The translations under genes were made by a program, and so were the position numbers. Shown here in pieces: positions 1-10,663 of a stretch of 64,000 bases of DNA; position 1 is the first letter of the stretch; every line of letters begins with the position of its first letter. The stretch comes from Dendrobates tinctorius (taxonomy: Eukaryota): NCBI RefSeq assembly GCF_039654945.1, contig NW_027361784.1:35526001-35590000 (forward strand), given 5' to 3'. The notes below the pieces were generated by a model, which was given only the letters and a program-made list of their open reading frames with translations, was not told where the DNA came from and did not search any database.

Positions 1-2412
1 GGTCTGCGGGTGTCATGTTGCCTTTGGAGAGCCCCTAATGTACCTAAACAGTGGAAACCCCCCACAAATGACACCATTTTGAAAACTAGACCCACTAAGG
101 AACTTATCTAGATGTGAGGTGAGCACTTTAATCCCCCAAGGGCTTCACAGAAGTTTATAATGCCAGGGCATGAAAATAAAAAAATCGTATTTTTTCCAGA
201 AACATGATCTATTAGTCCCCAATTTTTTCATTTTCCCAAGGGTAACAGGAGAAATTGGACCCCAAAAGTTGTTGTCCAATTTGGCCTGAGTACGCTGACA
301 CCCCATATGTGGGAGAAAACTACTGTATGGACACACGTCGGGGCTCGGAAGGGAAGCAATGACTTTTTGGAATGCAGACTTTGATGGAATGGTCTGCGGG
401 TGTCATGTGCGTTTGGAGAGCCCCTGATGTACCTAAACTATTGAAACTCCCCACAAGTGACCCCATTTTGGACACTAGACCCCCCACGGAACTTATCTAG
501 ATGTGTGGTGAGCACTTTGAACCCCCAAGTGCTTCACAGAAGTTTATAACACTCGGACGTGAAAATAAAAAAATCATTTTTTTCCACAAAAATGATATTT
601 TTGCCCCCAATTTTTTATTTTCCTAAGGGTAACAGGAGAAATTGGACCCCAAAAATTGTTTTGCAATTTGTCCTGAGTAGGCTGATACCCTACATGTGGG
701 GGTAAAACACTGTTTGGGCGCATGGCAGAGCTTGGAAGGGAAGGAGCACCATTTGACTTTTTCAACTCAGAATTGGCTGGAATTGAGATCAGACGCCATG
801 TTGCATTTGGAGAGCCCCTGATGTGCCCAAACAGTGGAAACCCCCCAATTATAACTCCAACCCTAACCCCAACACACCCCTAACCCTAATCTGAGCCCTA
901 ACCCTAGCCCTAACCCTAGCCCTAACCCTAACCCTAGCCCTAACCCTAACCCTAATGGGAAAATGGAGATAAATACTTTTTTTTAAATTTTATTATTTTT
1001 CCCTAACTAAGGGGGTGATATCGGGGGGTTTGATTTACTATTTATGGCGGTTTTTATATTTGGCAGCTGTCGCACGCTAAAAGACGCTTTTTATTGTAAA
1101 AATAGTTTTTGCATCACCACATATTGAGAGCTATAATTTTTCCGTATTTTGACCCACCGAGTCATGTGAGGTCTTATTTTTTGCGGGACGAGTTGACGTT
1201 TTTATTGGTACCATTTTCGGGCACGTGACATTTTTTGATCTCTTTTTATTCCTATTTTTGGGACGCAGAATGAACAAAAACCAGCGTTTCATGAATTTCT
1301 TTTGGGGGGTGCGTTTACACCGTTCCACGTGCGGTAAAATTGATAAAGCGGTTTTATTCTTCGGGTCAGTACGGTTACAGCGATACCTCATTTAGGTCTT
1401 TTTTTATGTTTTTGTCGGTTTTATGAAATGAAAACTATTTTATATAAAAAATAATTATATTTGCATCGCTTTATTCTGCGAGCTATAACTTTTTTATTTT
1501 TTCGCTGATGATGCTGTGTGGCGGCTCGTTTTTTGCGGGACAAGATGACGTTTTCAGCGGTACCATGCATATTTATATGCGTCTTTTTGATCACGCGTTA
1601 TTACACTTTTTGTTTGGCGGTATGATAATAAATCATTATTTTTTGCTTCGTTTTTTATTTTTATTTTTTAAGGGGTTCGCTAAAGGGGTTAACTAATGGG
1701 ACAGTTTTATAGGGCGGGTCATTACGGACGCGGCGATACCTAATATGTGTACTTTTATTGTTTTTTTTTTTATTATTTCCAAAAAATGGATTTATTGGGG
1801 GAATATTTTTTTTTTTTTCTAATTTATTTGGCGATTTTTTTTTAATTATTTTAACACTTTTTTTTATTTATTTTTTTACTTTATTAAATAGTCCCAGGTG
1901 GGACATCACTGTCCTGTGACAGATCGCTGATCTGTCACATCACAGATCACTGTGACAGATCAGCGATCTGACACAGGCACTGCAGAAGGCTTCCTCATGC
2001 CTGCGCTTTGCAGGCACTAAGGAAGCCAGCTTCCTCAGGCCCCCGTCGCCATCTTGGATTCGGGGGCCTGGAGGAAAGGAGCCCCCCGCAGCAGCGCTGC
2101 ACATTGCGCTGCCGTGGGGGGCTCAGGGAAGCACGGAGGGAGCCCCCTCCCTGCCGATGCTTCCCTTTAACCCCCGGTACACCGCGATCATGTTTGATCG
2201 CGGTGTGCAAGGGGTTAACGTGTCGGGGGCGGTCCGTGACCGCCCCTGACACATTGTGTCGGGTGTCAGCTGTGATAATCAGCTGACACCCGGCCGCGAT
2301 CAGCGGCGCTCACCACGTGGGCGCCACTGATCGCGCCGACGTACTATCCCGTCCATGGGCATTGGGGCCCAGGTCCCATGGACGGGATAGTATGTCGGAT
2401 GGCAGAAAGGGG
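1..2412. mobile_element. Right part of a non-autonomous piggyBac-like (TTAA) DNA element with internal ~390-bp tandem repeats
   Basis: Ends ...CAGAAAGGGG|TTAA (TTAA at 2413-2416). GGTCTGCGGGTGTCATG occurs at 1 and 391, with a partial third unit near 790. Internal palindromes at ~1905-1975 and ~2168-2220. The left end is outside the window. Confidence 0.6.
858..956 (+). repeat. Interstitial telomere-like (CCCTAA/CCCTAG)n tract
   Basis: Degenerate run of CCCTAA and CCCTAG hexamers embedded in the DNA element. Confidence 0.85.
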
Positions 2413-2479
2413 TTAAATGACAAACAAAAAAATTCTAACCTTATCACTCCTAAACTCTTTTTGCATAATAATTTGGAAC

Positions 2480-2853
2480 ACAGTTTAGAGACCGACTGGC
2501 GTATGCTATGACGCGCTCTTTTCTGTCCTGCATCTGGGATAACACCGCTCCGAGCCCCTGTAGACTCCCATCAGTGTGTAAGATGAACGACTGCAAGAAG
2601 TCAGCATAGGCCAACACAGGGGCCTCCGTCAAAGCCTTCTTCAGGGCTTGCCAGTAACCGCTGGACAGATCTAACGTGGAAAAGTACCTGGAATTCCCTA
2701 GCGCCGACAGGTACTCCTCTATCCTCGGCAGTGGATATGAGTCTCGCACTGTGCAAGCGTTGAGCCGTCGGTAGTCCACACAGAAGCGTAGGGACCCATC
2801 CTTCTTCCTCACCAAGATTATGGGGGCAGTGCATGGGCTCTGACTCTCCCGTA
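2480..2853 (-). pseudogene. Ty3/Gypsy pol relic (RT N-terminus joined to RNase H by an internal deletion)
   Basis: [16 protein letters not shown]...YPLPRIEE...[12 protein letters not shown] runs directly into [17 protein letters not shown]...[14 protein letters not shown]...VIAYASRSL. The YxDD core is missing. Confidence 0.85.
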
Positions 2854-2994
2854 TAAGGCTAGCTTCACACTAGCGTTTTAGGCCGCAGCGCACGGCGCTG
2901 CTAAGCCCTGCCCCCTGCCGCGCCCCTCCTGTCACCTCCGCCTAGTAGCGCACATCGCTGCATGCGATTCTGCACACTCTATCTTTAGCATAGG

Positions 2995-3770
2995 TGTCAT
3001 GATCTCAGTGTGGGTTTGACTCGCACACGTGGGGTTAATGTCTGGAACCAGTGCTGATGACTGGCATTTCTAGGGTTAAAGGTTGTGATCCCGATGCAGG
3101 CTTACCTGCACACCTGGGGCTATGATTGTGGCCTCTCCCTGGTTCTGGGGGAGGCTTCTTATAGCCTCAGGACGCTCCCATCCCCCGTCAGTTATACTTT
3201 CACCCTTGGCATGGTGTGGTGACCCCTGAGTGTGTTTGTGCTGTGTTTTGGTTACTTGATACTCTGTGTATGACTCGGTCTGCTCTCTGGATATCGCTTT
3301 GGATTCTGCCTGGTACCTCCTATGTCTGTTTGGTTTTGATCTCTGCTTGGCCCTGATTATCCGCTCTGTCTCATCCCTGGTACTGTACTGTGATCCTGTG
3401 TATGATCTTTGGCTTTGTCTGACCTCCCGTCTGTTTATCCCTCCTGTGCCTCGTTTTGCCCGTACTGCTGTGACCTCCGTTTTGCCTGACTCTGAGTTGT
3501 TGTATGGTGTACCGTCATATCTGAAAGCAGGACGCTAAGCCACGCCCCCTTGCAGTCACATGACCATAGGTCCCGTGCAAGCGTGTTCATTTTCAGTGTC
3601 CGCAGGTCCCGTGCCCCTTTACTTTCCAGCGCTGACTGGACCCTGACACTAATAGTTGAAGCACGCCTGGTCACCTCTGCTGCCCTGCTCCCCAGGTAAC
3701 TCAGCACTGCTTCTGTACTCAGGACACGCGCACTGGCTCTATGAGCAAGTGTAGTGCGGTGTCTCTGACA
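2995..3770 (+). repeat. 5' LTR of element A
   Basis: Direct repeat of 18031-18806. By eye about 25 substitutions and 2 small indels. Confidence 0.97.
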
Positions 3771-3835
3771 TTATAACTGACCCTTTCAGTTTTTTTTTTT
3801 TTTCTGAAGAAAAAAAAAAAGTGTGTGTTATCCTC

Positions 3836-4725
3836 ATGGATCCCATATAAGCCTTGTCTGATCAGGTCAAGCACCTGACCCAAATGTTCCATAAGCTCAA
3901 TGTGGAACAACACACGATGGCCCAGACCCAGCAACAGTTGGTGGTTACTGTGCAGGGGGCTGTCGATGCAGGGGCTTCTGGTTCTGGGGGTAGGGATGTG
4001 TCATTAGCGTCCCCCGAATCTCCGGTCAAATTATCAGACCTTTTCTCAGGGGATAAAAAGGAGTTCAGGTCTTTCAGAGAAGGATGCAAGCTTTTTTTTC
4101 TCTAAGGCCCGGCTCCTCTGGGGATGAGTTCCAGAGGGTGGGGGTCATTATTTCCCTACTTTGGGGGGCACTGCAAGCATGGGCTTTCTCTCTGTCTTCC
4201 TCTGCTCCTGAACGTATGTCAGTGAACGCATTCTTTGAGGCCCTCGGGCACATTTATGATGAACCTGACCGAGTGCGATTGGCAGAGGACATGTTGATGA
4301 GTGTCTGTCAGGGGAAACACTCAGCTGAGTGGTTTTGTTCTGAGTTCCGCCGCTGGGCGGCAGAGGTCTCTTGGAGCGACGCCGCACTCCGAGGACTCTT
4401 TCGCAGAGGCTTGTCCGAGCGGCTGCAGGATGCCTTGGCCTTACATCCCCCACCTAACTCTCTCGAGGACGCCATGACCCAGGCCGTCCGGATGGACCGC
4501 AGGCTGCGGGCCAGAGGGGTGATGCAGGTGGATACTCCATTATTCCCCAGTGGAAAAGAGACTGCCCCTCAGCCCATGGATGTAGGCGCCCTCTCCCTGA
4601 AGGATACGGAGAGGAAACGCCGGAAGGACAAACAGTTATGCTTTTACTGTGGTAAAACGGGACATTGGAAAAGGGAGTGCCCGAATTGCCCGTCTTCAAA
4701 CCCGGTCGGCGGGAAACGACTAGGT
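3836..4725 (+). pseudogene. gag of element A (premature stop and frameshift)
   Basis: ATG GAT CCC ATA TAA at 3836. Frameshift at the poly-T 4092-4099. Retrotransposon gag motifs and a CCHC knuckle CFYCGKTGHWKREC. Confidence 0.9.
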
Positions 4726-6032
4726 CTGGGTAGCCAACGGGGAGACTGCTCAGACCCTCAGGTACCATTTTCCTCGTTTTCTAAAGTAGTACTGCCTGTG
4801 GAACTGTTTGTGGATGGTAGTTTTCATCTACAGCCTTCATGGACTGTGGATCATCTATTAATCTTATTGACTCCCAATTGGTCACACACTGCAAGATAGG
4901 GACAGTTAGGCTCAAGGTTCTGATCAAGGTGATGGCCATTGACTCCTCTCCCCTCACTAAGGAGGGAATTCGCTTTATGTCTGATGTGTTTTCGCTCAGA
5001 GTGGGCGCTACTCATGTGGAAAACATAAGTTGTTTTGTGCTGGACAATCTACCTGCAGGGTTGGTGTTGGGCATGCCCTGGTTACAACACCATAACCCAG
5101 TTATTAACTGGAAAACGGGGGAGATTGTTCAATGGGGGTTTAATGATTTTGAGTTATGTGATAAATCCGCACTGCTGGTTGAACCTGTTAAATCTGTGTC
5201 TGTATCATCTGTCGAGCTGGAAGGTATTCCGGAATGCCTGAAGGACTTCGAAGATGTATTCTCCGAAAGCGAGGCCGAGACGTTACCGCCACATAGACCC
5301 TTTGACTGCGCTATTGAGCTGGTCCCGGGGGCTAAATTACCCAAAGCCCGTCTGTTTAATTTGTCCGGTCCTGAGCGCTTGGCTATGAAGGAGTACATTA
5401 CTGAAAGTCTGCGCAAAGGACACATACGTCCTTCAGTCTCACCTGTGGCGGCAAGTTTCTTTTTTGTAAAGAAAAAAGATGGCGGGTTTCGTCCCTGTCT
5501 CGACTTCCGGGAGCTTAATCAAATTACTGTACGGAATACGCACCCCCTGCCGTTGATTCCCGATTTATGTAACCAACTATCAGGGGCAAAGTGGTTTTCT
5601 AAACTGGATCTTCGGGGGGCATATAATTTGATAAGGGTCCGAGAGGGGGATGAATGGAAAACCACGTTCCTCACGACCGAGGGACTATTTGAAAATTTAG
5701 TCATGCCGTTTGGTCTTACCAACGCCCCCGCCATATTTCAGAATTTCATCAACGTGGTATTCTCGGATCTCATTGGTCGTTTTGTCGTTATCTACTTAGA
5801 TGATATTTTGATATATTCCCCGGACAAGTATTCTCATTTGGAACATGTACGAACTGTGCTCCAAAGGCTGAGAGAAAATCATTTGGATGCCAAATTGGAG
5901 AAATGTGTATTCTGTGTACAAGAGTTGTCCTTTTTGGGGTTAATTGTATACGGTGAGGGTTTTCGCATGGACCCCAAGAAGGTGCAGGCCATTGCGGATT
6001 GGGTGCAACCCCAAGATCTTAAGGGTCTTCAG
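4710..6032 (+). pseudogene. pol of element A, 5' part (protease, RT)
   Basis: FMDCGSS protease-site region, KKKDGGFRPCLDFRELN, MPFGLTNAPA, YLDDILIYS. Cut at ...DLKGLQ by the hAT insertion. Confidence 0.95.
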
Positions 6033-6214
6033 TAGAGTTGAGCGATACCGTCCGATACTTCAAAGTATCGGATCGGAATGGATCGGCCGATCTTAAAAAA
6101 AGTATCGGTATCGCCGATTCCGATACCGGAAGTCCCATTCAAGTCTATGGGACTTCCGGTATCGGAATAAGAAAAATCCTGTTTTTCCCTTGTACAGCCT
6201 CTCTGGGGTCTGTA

Positions 6215-6480
6215 CGGGCCTTTCGGGGGGCTGTGCCGGCCTGCCAGTGGGTCTGTGCAGGCTCCGGTGGTCTGTGCCGGCCTGCCGGGGGGCTGTGCAG
6301 GCTCTGGTGGGCTGTGCAGGCTCCGGTGGGCTGTGCCGGCCTGCCGGGGGGCTGTGCAGGCCTGCCGGTGGTCTGTGCAGGCTCCGGTGGGCTGTGCCGG
6401 CCTGCCGGGGGGCTGTGCAGGCTCCGGGGGGGCTGTGCCGGCCTGCCGGGGGGCTGTGCAGGCTTCGGGGGTCTGTGCAG
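6215..6480 (+). repeat. GC-rich minisatellite (GGCTGTGCCGGCCTGCCGGGG-like), left arm of the hAT element
   Basis: Tandem 19-21-bp variants, mirrored at ~15585-15800. Confidence 0.9.
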
Positions 6481-7298
6481 GCATCGTCCGATGGGACTAC
6501 AAGTCCCATCGGGCGATGCCTGCTACCATGACAGTGATTGACACATTAGCCAATGATGGGACAGTAGTAGTCCCATCATCCGGCTAATGTGTTGAATGTA
6601 AAAAAAAAAAAAAAATTACATGCTACATACATGCTACATACATACAACATGCATACTACATACATGCTACATTCATACTACATACTACATACATGCTACA
6701 TTCATACTACATATATACTACATGCAACATACATACTACATAATGTCACGGGGGCTAAGTTCAACTAAGGCTGAAAGACCCGGGGCCCCTGTGGTGTCCC
6801 TTTACTAGGGGAAACCCTGTCTGACCCTCAACCCAGGGTTTTTGCTGAAGGTGCAAATGCCTGAGCCTCCGACCTTTCCTTATCTCCTGCTCAGCCCTGC
6901 ACTTAACCCTCCACCCTCCACCCAGTGAGAAGTCACCACCAAAGCTCCCACACAAATAATGACAGACAGGGAGAACTTAAACTGCACTGCGCCGCACACA
7001 CACAGGAATAAACAGTAATGTGAACAGGGCACAACTAAACACAAATATGGGAAGGAGAAAGGATAACGACGGATCATACGACACCAGATATGAATCTCTC
7101 TCTCTTGAACACCTCCACTCCAGACCGGAACCACTTGGTATGAAACACAAGCTATAATCGGCGACGCCCATAGGCCAGCATGACTATTTAAAGACCGTGG
7201 GCGTGACTAACCATCCAACCTGGTCTCCAGCAGGATTAACCCCCGAGAGCCTGAAGATCAGGCCGGCGCCACTGAGGCTATAGTGGCTGGAGGTGGAA

Positions 7299-10200
7299 CT
7301 ACCTCTGCCTGCCGGATGCTGTGGTGTGAACAGCGTCCGACATGACAGTACCCCGTCTTCTACGAGGGACCCCAGGGCCCTCAAGACTCATAGGACCCGG
7401 CTTGTCCGGATGACGACGGTGAAAAGAACTGACCAGCCGATCCGCATGTATGTCTGAGGCTGGAACCCAAGACCTCTCCTCTGGACCATACCCCCGCCAG
7501 TGCACCAAATACTGAAGAGTACGGCGTACTACTCGAGAGTCCACTACCTTGGCGACCTCGAACTCTAACTCGCCATCCACCATGACTGGAGGTGGCATCG
7601 GCGTTGTGTCCACAGAGCCTACCACCTTTTTCAATAAAGCCCTGTGAAACACGTTGTGTATCTTGTACACTGCGGGAAGTTCCAACCGATAAGCCACTGG
7701 GTTAATGATGGCAGAAATCCTAAAAGGCCCAATAAACCTTGGACCCAGTTTTAAAGAAGGGATTTTGAGTTTTATGTTCTTAGTAGCTAACCACACCCAT
7801 TCACCCACACACAGGTCCGGACCTGGCACGCGTCTACTGTCAGCCACCCGTTTGTACCTGGCACTCATGCTCAACAAACGCTGTTTCACCCGCCTCCAGA
7901 CTGATGACAATTGGGCTCCTAGCTGATCCTCCTCCGGGACACCCCCGGAGTCACCCTGACGTAAGGTACAAAACTGAGGATGTTGACCGTACACACAAAA
8001 GAATGGAGACTCTCCTGATGACTCTTGGCGGTGATTATTTAATGCGAATTCGGCCAGAGGAAGGAAAGTAGACCACTCCTCCTGGTTGTCGGACACAAAG
8101 CATCGTAAATACTGTTCAAGATTTTGGTTCATGCGCTCAGTTTGTCCATTAGACTGTGGATGAAATGCCGATGAATGTGACAACTTGATCCCCAACCTTG
8201 AGCAAAAAGCTTTCCAAAACCTCGCCACAAATTGCGTACCCCTATCAGATACTATGTCAGACGGTATTCCGTGGAGTCTGACCACCTCCTTCACAAATAC
8301 CTGAGCCAACGTCTTAGCATTGGGCAAAGAGGACAACGCCACAAAATGCGCCATCTTTGAAAAACGGTCAACCACCACCAGGATGACCGTGTTCCCTGCC
8401 GAGGCTGGCAAGTCAGTGATAAAATCCATGGAGATTTCTGTCCATGGCCTATTGGGTACCCCCAGAGGCTGTAGCGTGCCAGCAGGACGGGTTCGGGGTG
8501 ACTTAGCCCTAGCGCACGTGATGCAAGCTGCCACGTACGAGACCACGTCCTGCCGGATTTTGGGCCACCAGAAACGACGCGATACCAGCTCTAAGGTGCC
8601 CTTCACCCCTGGGTGACCAGCCAGTACCGAATCGTGGTGTTCCTTCAACACCTTAGGCCGAAGATGCAGGGGTACAAATGATTTGTTGGCGGGAAGTCCT
8701 GGTGGTACCTCCTCTTGGGCCTCGGCAATCTCCGCCTCTACCTCAGTCGTGAGAGCCGAGACCACTACCCCTTTCTGGAGGATGGGTACCGGCTCTTCCC
8801 GAGGTTCTCCCCCCGGAAAACACCTAGACAAAGCATCCGCCTTGGTGTTTTTAGCCCCGGGACGGTACGTCACAAGAAAATTGAAACGAGTAAAAAACAA
8901 TGCCCAGCGAGCCTGCCTAGGAGACAGACGCTTGGCCGACTCCAGGTAGAGCAGATTCTTATGGTCGGTGATAACTGTGACCTGGTGAGCCGCCCCCTCC
9001 AAGAAGTGTCGCCATTCCTCAAAAGCCAGTTTGATGGCCAACAACTCCCTGTTGCCGATATCATAATTCCGTTCGGCCGGCGACAACTTCTTGGAGAAGT
9101 AGGCGCATGGATGCATCTCGCTCAAGGACGAGCCTTGAGACAGTACTGCCCCCACTCCCACCTCCGACGCATCAACCTCTACCACAAAAGGTTTAGACAC
9201 GTCTGGTTGCACCAGAATGGGGGCTGAAGCAAAACTATTCTTCAGACGCTCAAATGCACGTATAGCCACCTCAGGCCAGTTCGCCAGATCGGCACCCTTT
9301 TTTGTCATGTCCGTGAGCGGTTTGGCGACAGTCGAAAAGTGTTTTATAAATTTCCTATAATAATTCGCAAACCCCAGGAACCGCTGGAGTGCTTTCAGAC
9401 TCTCCGGCCTCTCCCATTGCAACACCGCTTGCACCTTAGCGGTGTCCATTTTAAAACCAGCTGCGGACACAATATATCCCAAAAAGGGCAACTCCTGGAC
9501 AAAAAATAAACATTTTTCCAGCTTAGCATAGAGCTGGTTCTCCCGGAGCAACTGTAACACCTGCCTAACATGCTGCAAATGAGTGTCCCGATCGCTAGAA
9601 TAAATGAGGATATCATCCAGGTATACAATCACAAATCTCCCCAGGACATGAGCAAAGACATCATTAATAAAATGTTGGAAAACGGCAGGCGCGGTGGTCA
9701 ACCCAAACGGCATAACCAGACTCTCAAAATGACCCTCAGGAGTGTTAAACGCCGTCTTCCACTCATCCCCCTGACGGACCCTTATGAGGTTATACGCCCC
9801 CCTGAGGTCCAGCTTGGAAAACCATTTTGCCCCCGCTACCTGGTTGAACAAATCCGGGATCAACGGCATTGGGTAGGGATCACGGATAGTAATCTGGTTT
9901 AACTCTCGGAAATCCAGACACGGGCGTAACCCCCCATCTTTCTTCTTAATGAAGAAAAACCCCGCGGCTACAGGCGAGGACGAAGGCCGGATGTGACCTT
10001 TGCTCAGACTCTCCGCGATGTAGTCTTTCAGAGCTTGTCTCTCAGGACCAGAAATATTAAACATCCTGGCCTTAGGTAATTTGGCCCCGGGTTTTAGCCT
10101 AATAGCACAGTCATAGGCTCTATGTGGAGGCAGTTCTGAGCAACCCTTCTCAGAGAAAACATCCGCGAAATCCTGCAAAGCCTCCGGCAGGCTGGGCGTC

Positions 10201-10652
10201 ACGGCGGACACACATGTGGCCAAGCAATTGTCTTGGCAGAAACCACTCCATTGTACTATGTCCTGAGTTTTCCAATCAATTACCGGGTTGTGCCTGGACA
10301 GCCATGGAAAACCCAGGACCATTTGAGCTGGGAGATTACGGAGGACCCTACATGTAACCGACTCAGAATGTAGGACCCCAATGTGGAGTTTCACCTCTGC
10401 CACAAACTCAGTAATCTCCCCTTGAGGGAGGGGAACAGCATTAATGGTCACCACCTGTATGGGGTGAGGAAGTTTTTCAATCTTAAACCCGGCGGTGTGT
10501 GCAAACTCCTCATCTATGAGATTGGTGGCGGAACCGCTATCCACAAACACTGATATAGGTAGCTCTCTGCCGGCGACAATAACCTTGGCAGGGAGCATAC
10601 ATTGAGATACCATCATGGAGGATATGCATACGCTCAGTTGGGTCTCCTCCAT
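7299..10652 (-). CDS. Pol polyprotein of element B (PR-RT-RNase H-integrase-chromodomain), reached by -1 frameshift from gag
   Basis: 1117 aa uninterrupted. Motifs: [28 protein letters not shown] zinc finger, SMDFI/SDRG/TERMN DDE, GPF, chromodomain FEVAKVVDSR...YLVHWRGYGPEERSW. The stop lies inside the 3' LTR. Confidence 0.97.
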   Translation of the reverse strand: MEETQLSVCISSMMVSQCMLPAKVIVAGRELPISVFVDSGSATNLIDEEFAHTAGFKIEKLPHPIQVVTINAVPLPQGEITEFVAEVKLHIGVLHSESVTCRVLRNLPAQMVLGFPWLSRHNPVIDWKTQDIVQWSGFCQDNCLATCVSAVTPSLPEALQDFADVFSEKGCSELPPHRAYDCAIRLKPGAKLPKARMFNISGPERQALKDYIAESLSKGHIRPSSSPVAAGFFFIKKKDGGLRPCLDFRELNQITIRDPYPMPLIPDLFNQVAGAKWFSKLDLRGAYNLIRVRQGDEWKTAFNTPEGHFESLVMPFGLTTAPAVFQHFINDVFAHVLGRFVIVYLDDILIYSSDRDTHLQHVRQVLQLLRENQLYAKLEKCLFFVQELPFLGYIVSAAGFKMDTAKVQAVLQWERPESLKALQRFLGFANYYRKFIKHFSTVAKPLTDMTKKGADLANWPEVAIRAFERLKNSFASAPILVQPDVSKPFVVEVDASEVGVGAVLSQGSSLSEMHPCAYFSKKLSPAERNYDIGNRELLAIKLAFEEWRHFLEGAAHQVTVITDHKNLLYLESAKRLSPRQARWALFFTRFNFLVTYRPGAKNTKADALSRCFPGGEPREEPVPILQKGVVVSALTTEVEAEIAEAQEEVPPGLPANKSFVPLHLRPKVLKEHHDSVLAGHPGVKGTLELVSRRFWWPKIRQDVVSYVAACITCARAKSPRTRPAGTLQPLGVPNRPWTEISMDFITDLPASAGNTVILVVVDRFSKMAHFVALSSLPNAKTLAQVFVKEVVRLHGIPSDIVSDRGTQFVARFWKAFCSRLGIKLSHSSAFHPQSNGQTERMNQNLEQYLRCFVSDNQEEWSTFLPLAEFALNNHRQESSGESPFFCVYGQHPQFCTLRQGDSGGVPEEDQLGAQLSSVWRRVKQRLLSMSARYKRVADSRRVPGPDLCVGEWVWLATKNIKLKIPSLKLGPRFIGPFRISAIINPVAYRLELPAVYKIHNVFHRALLKKVVGSVDTTPMPPPVMVDGELEFEVAKVVDSRVVRRTLQYLVHWRGYGPEERSWVPASDIHADRLVSSFHRRHPDKPGPMSLEGPGVPRRRRGTVMSDAVHTTASGRQR

Positions 10653-10663
10653 ACCCTCTGAGC

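Noticed and set aside
858-956. True telomere or chromosome fusion site
   Set aside because: Short, degenerate, single orientation and embedded in a repeat element.
4084-4899. Domesticated PEG10/RTL-like gag gene
   Set aside because: It lies in an LTR-bounded element with a TSD, has an upstream stop and frameshifts, and shows no sign of domestication.
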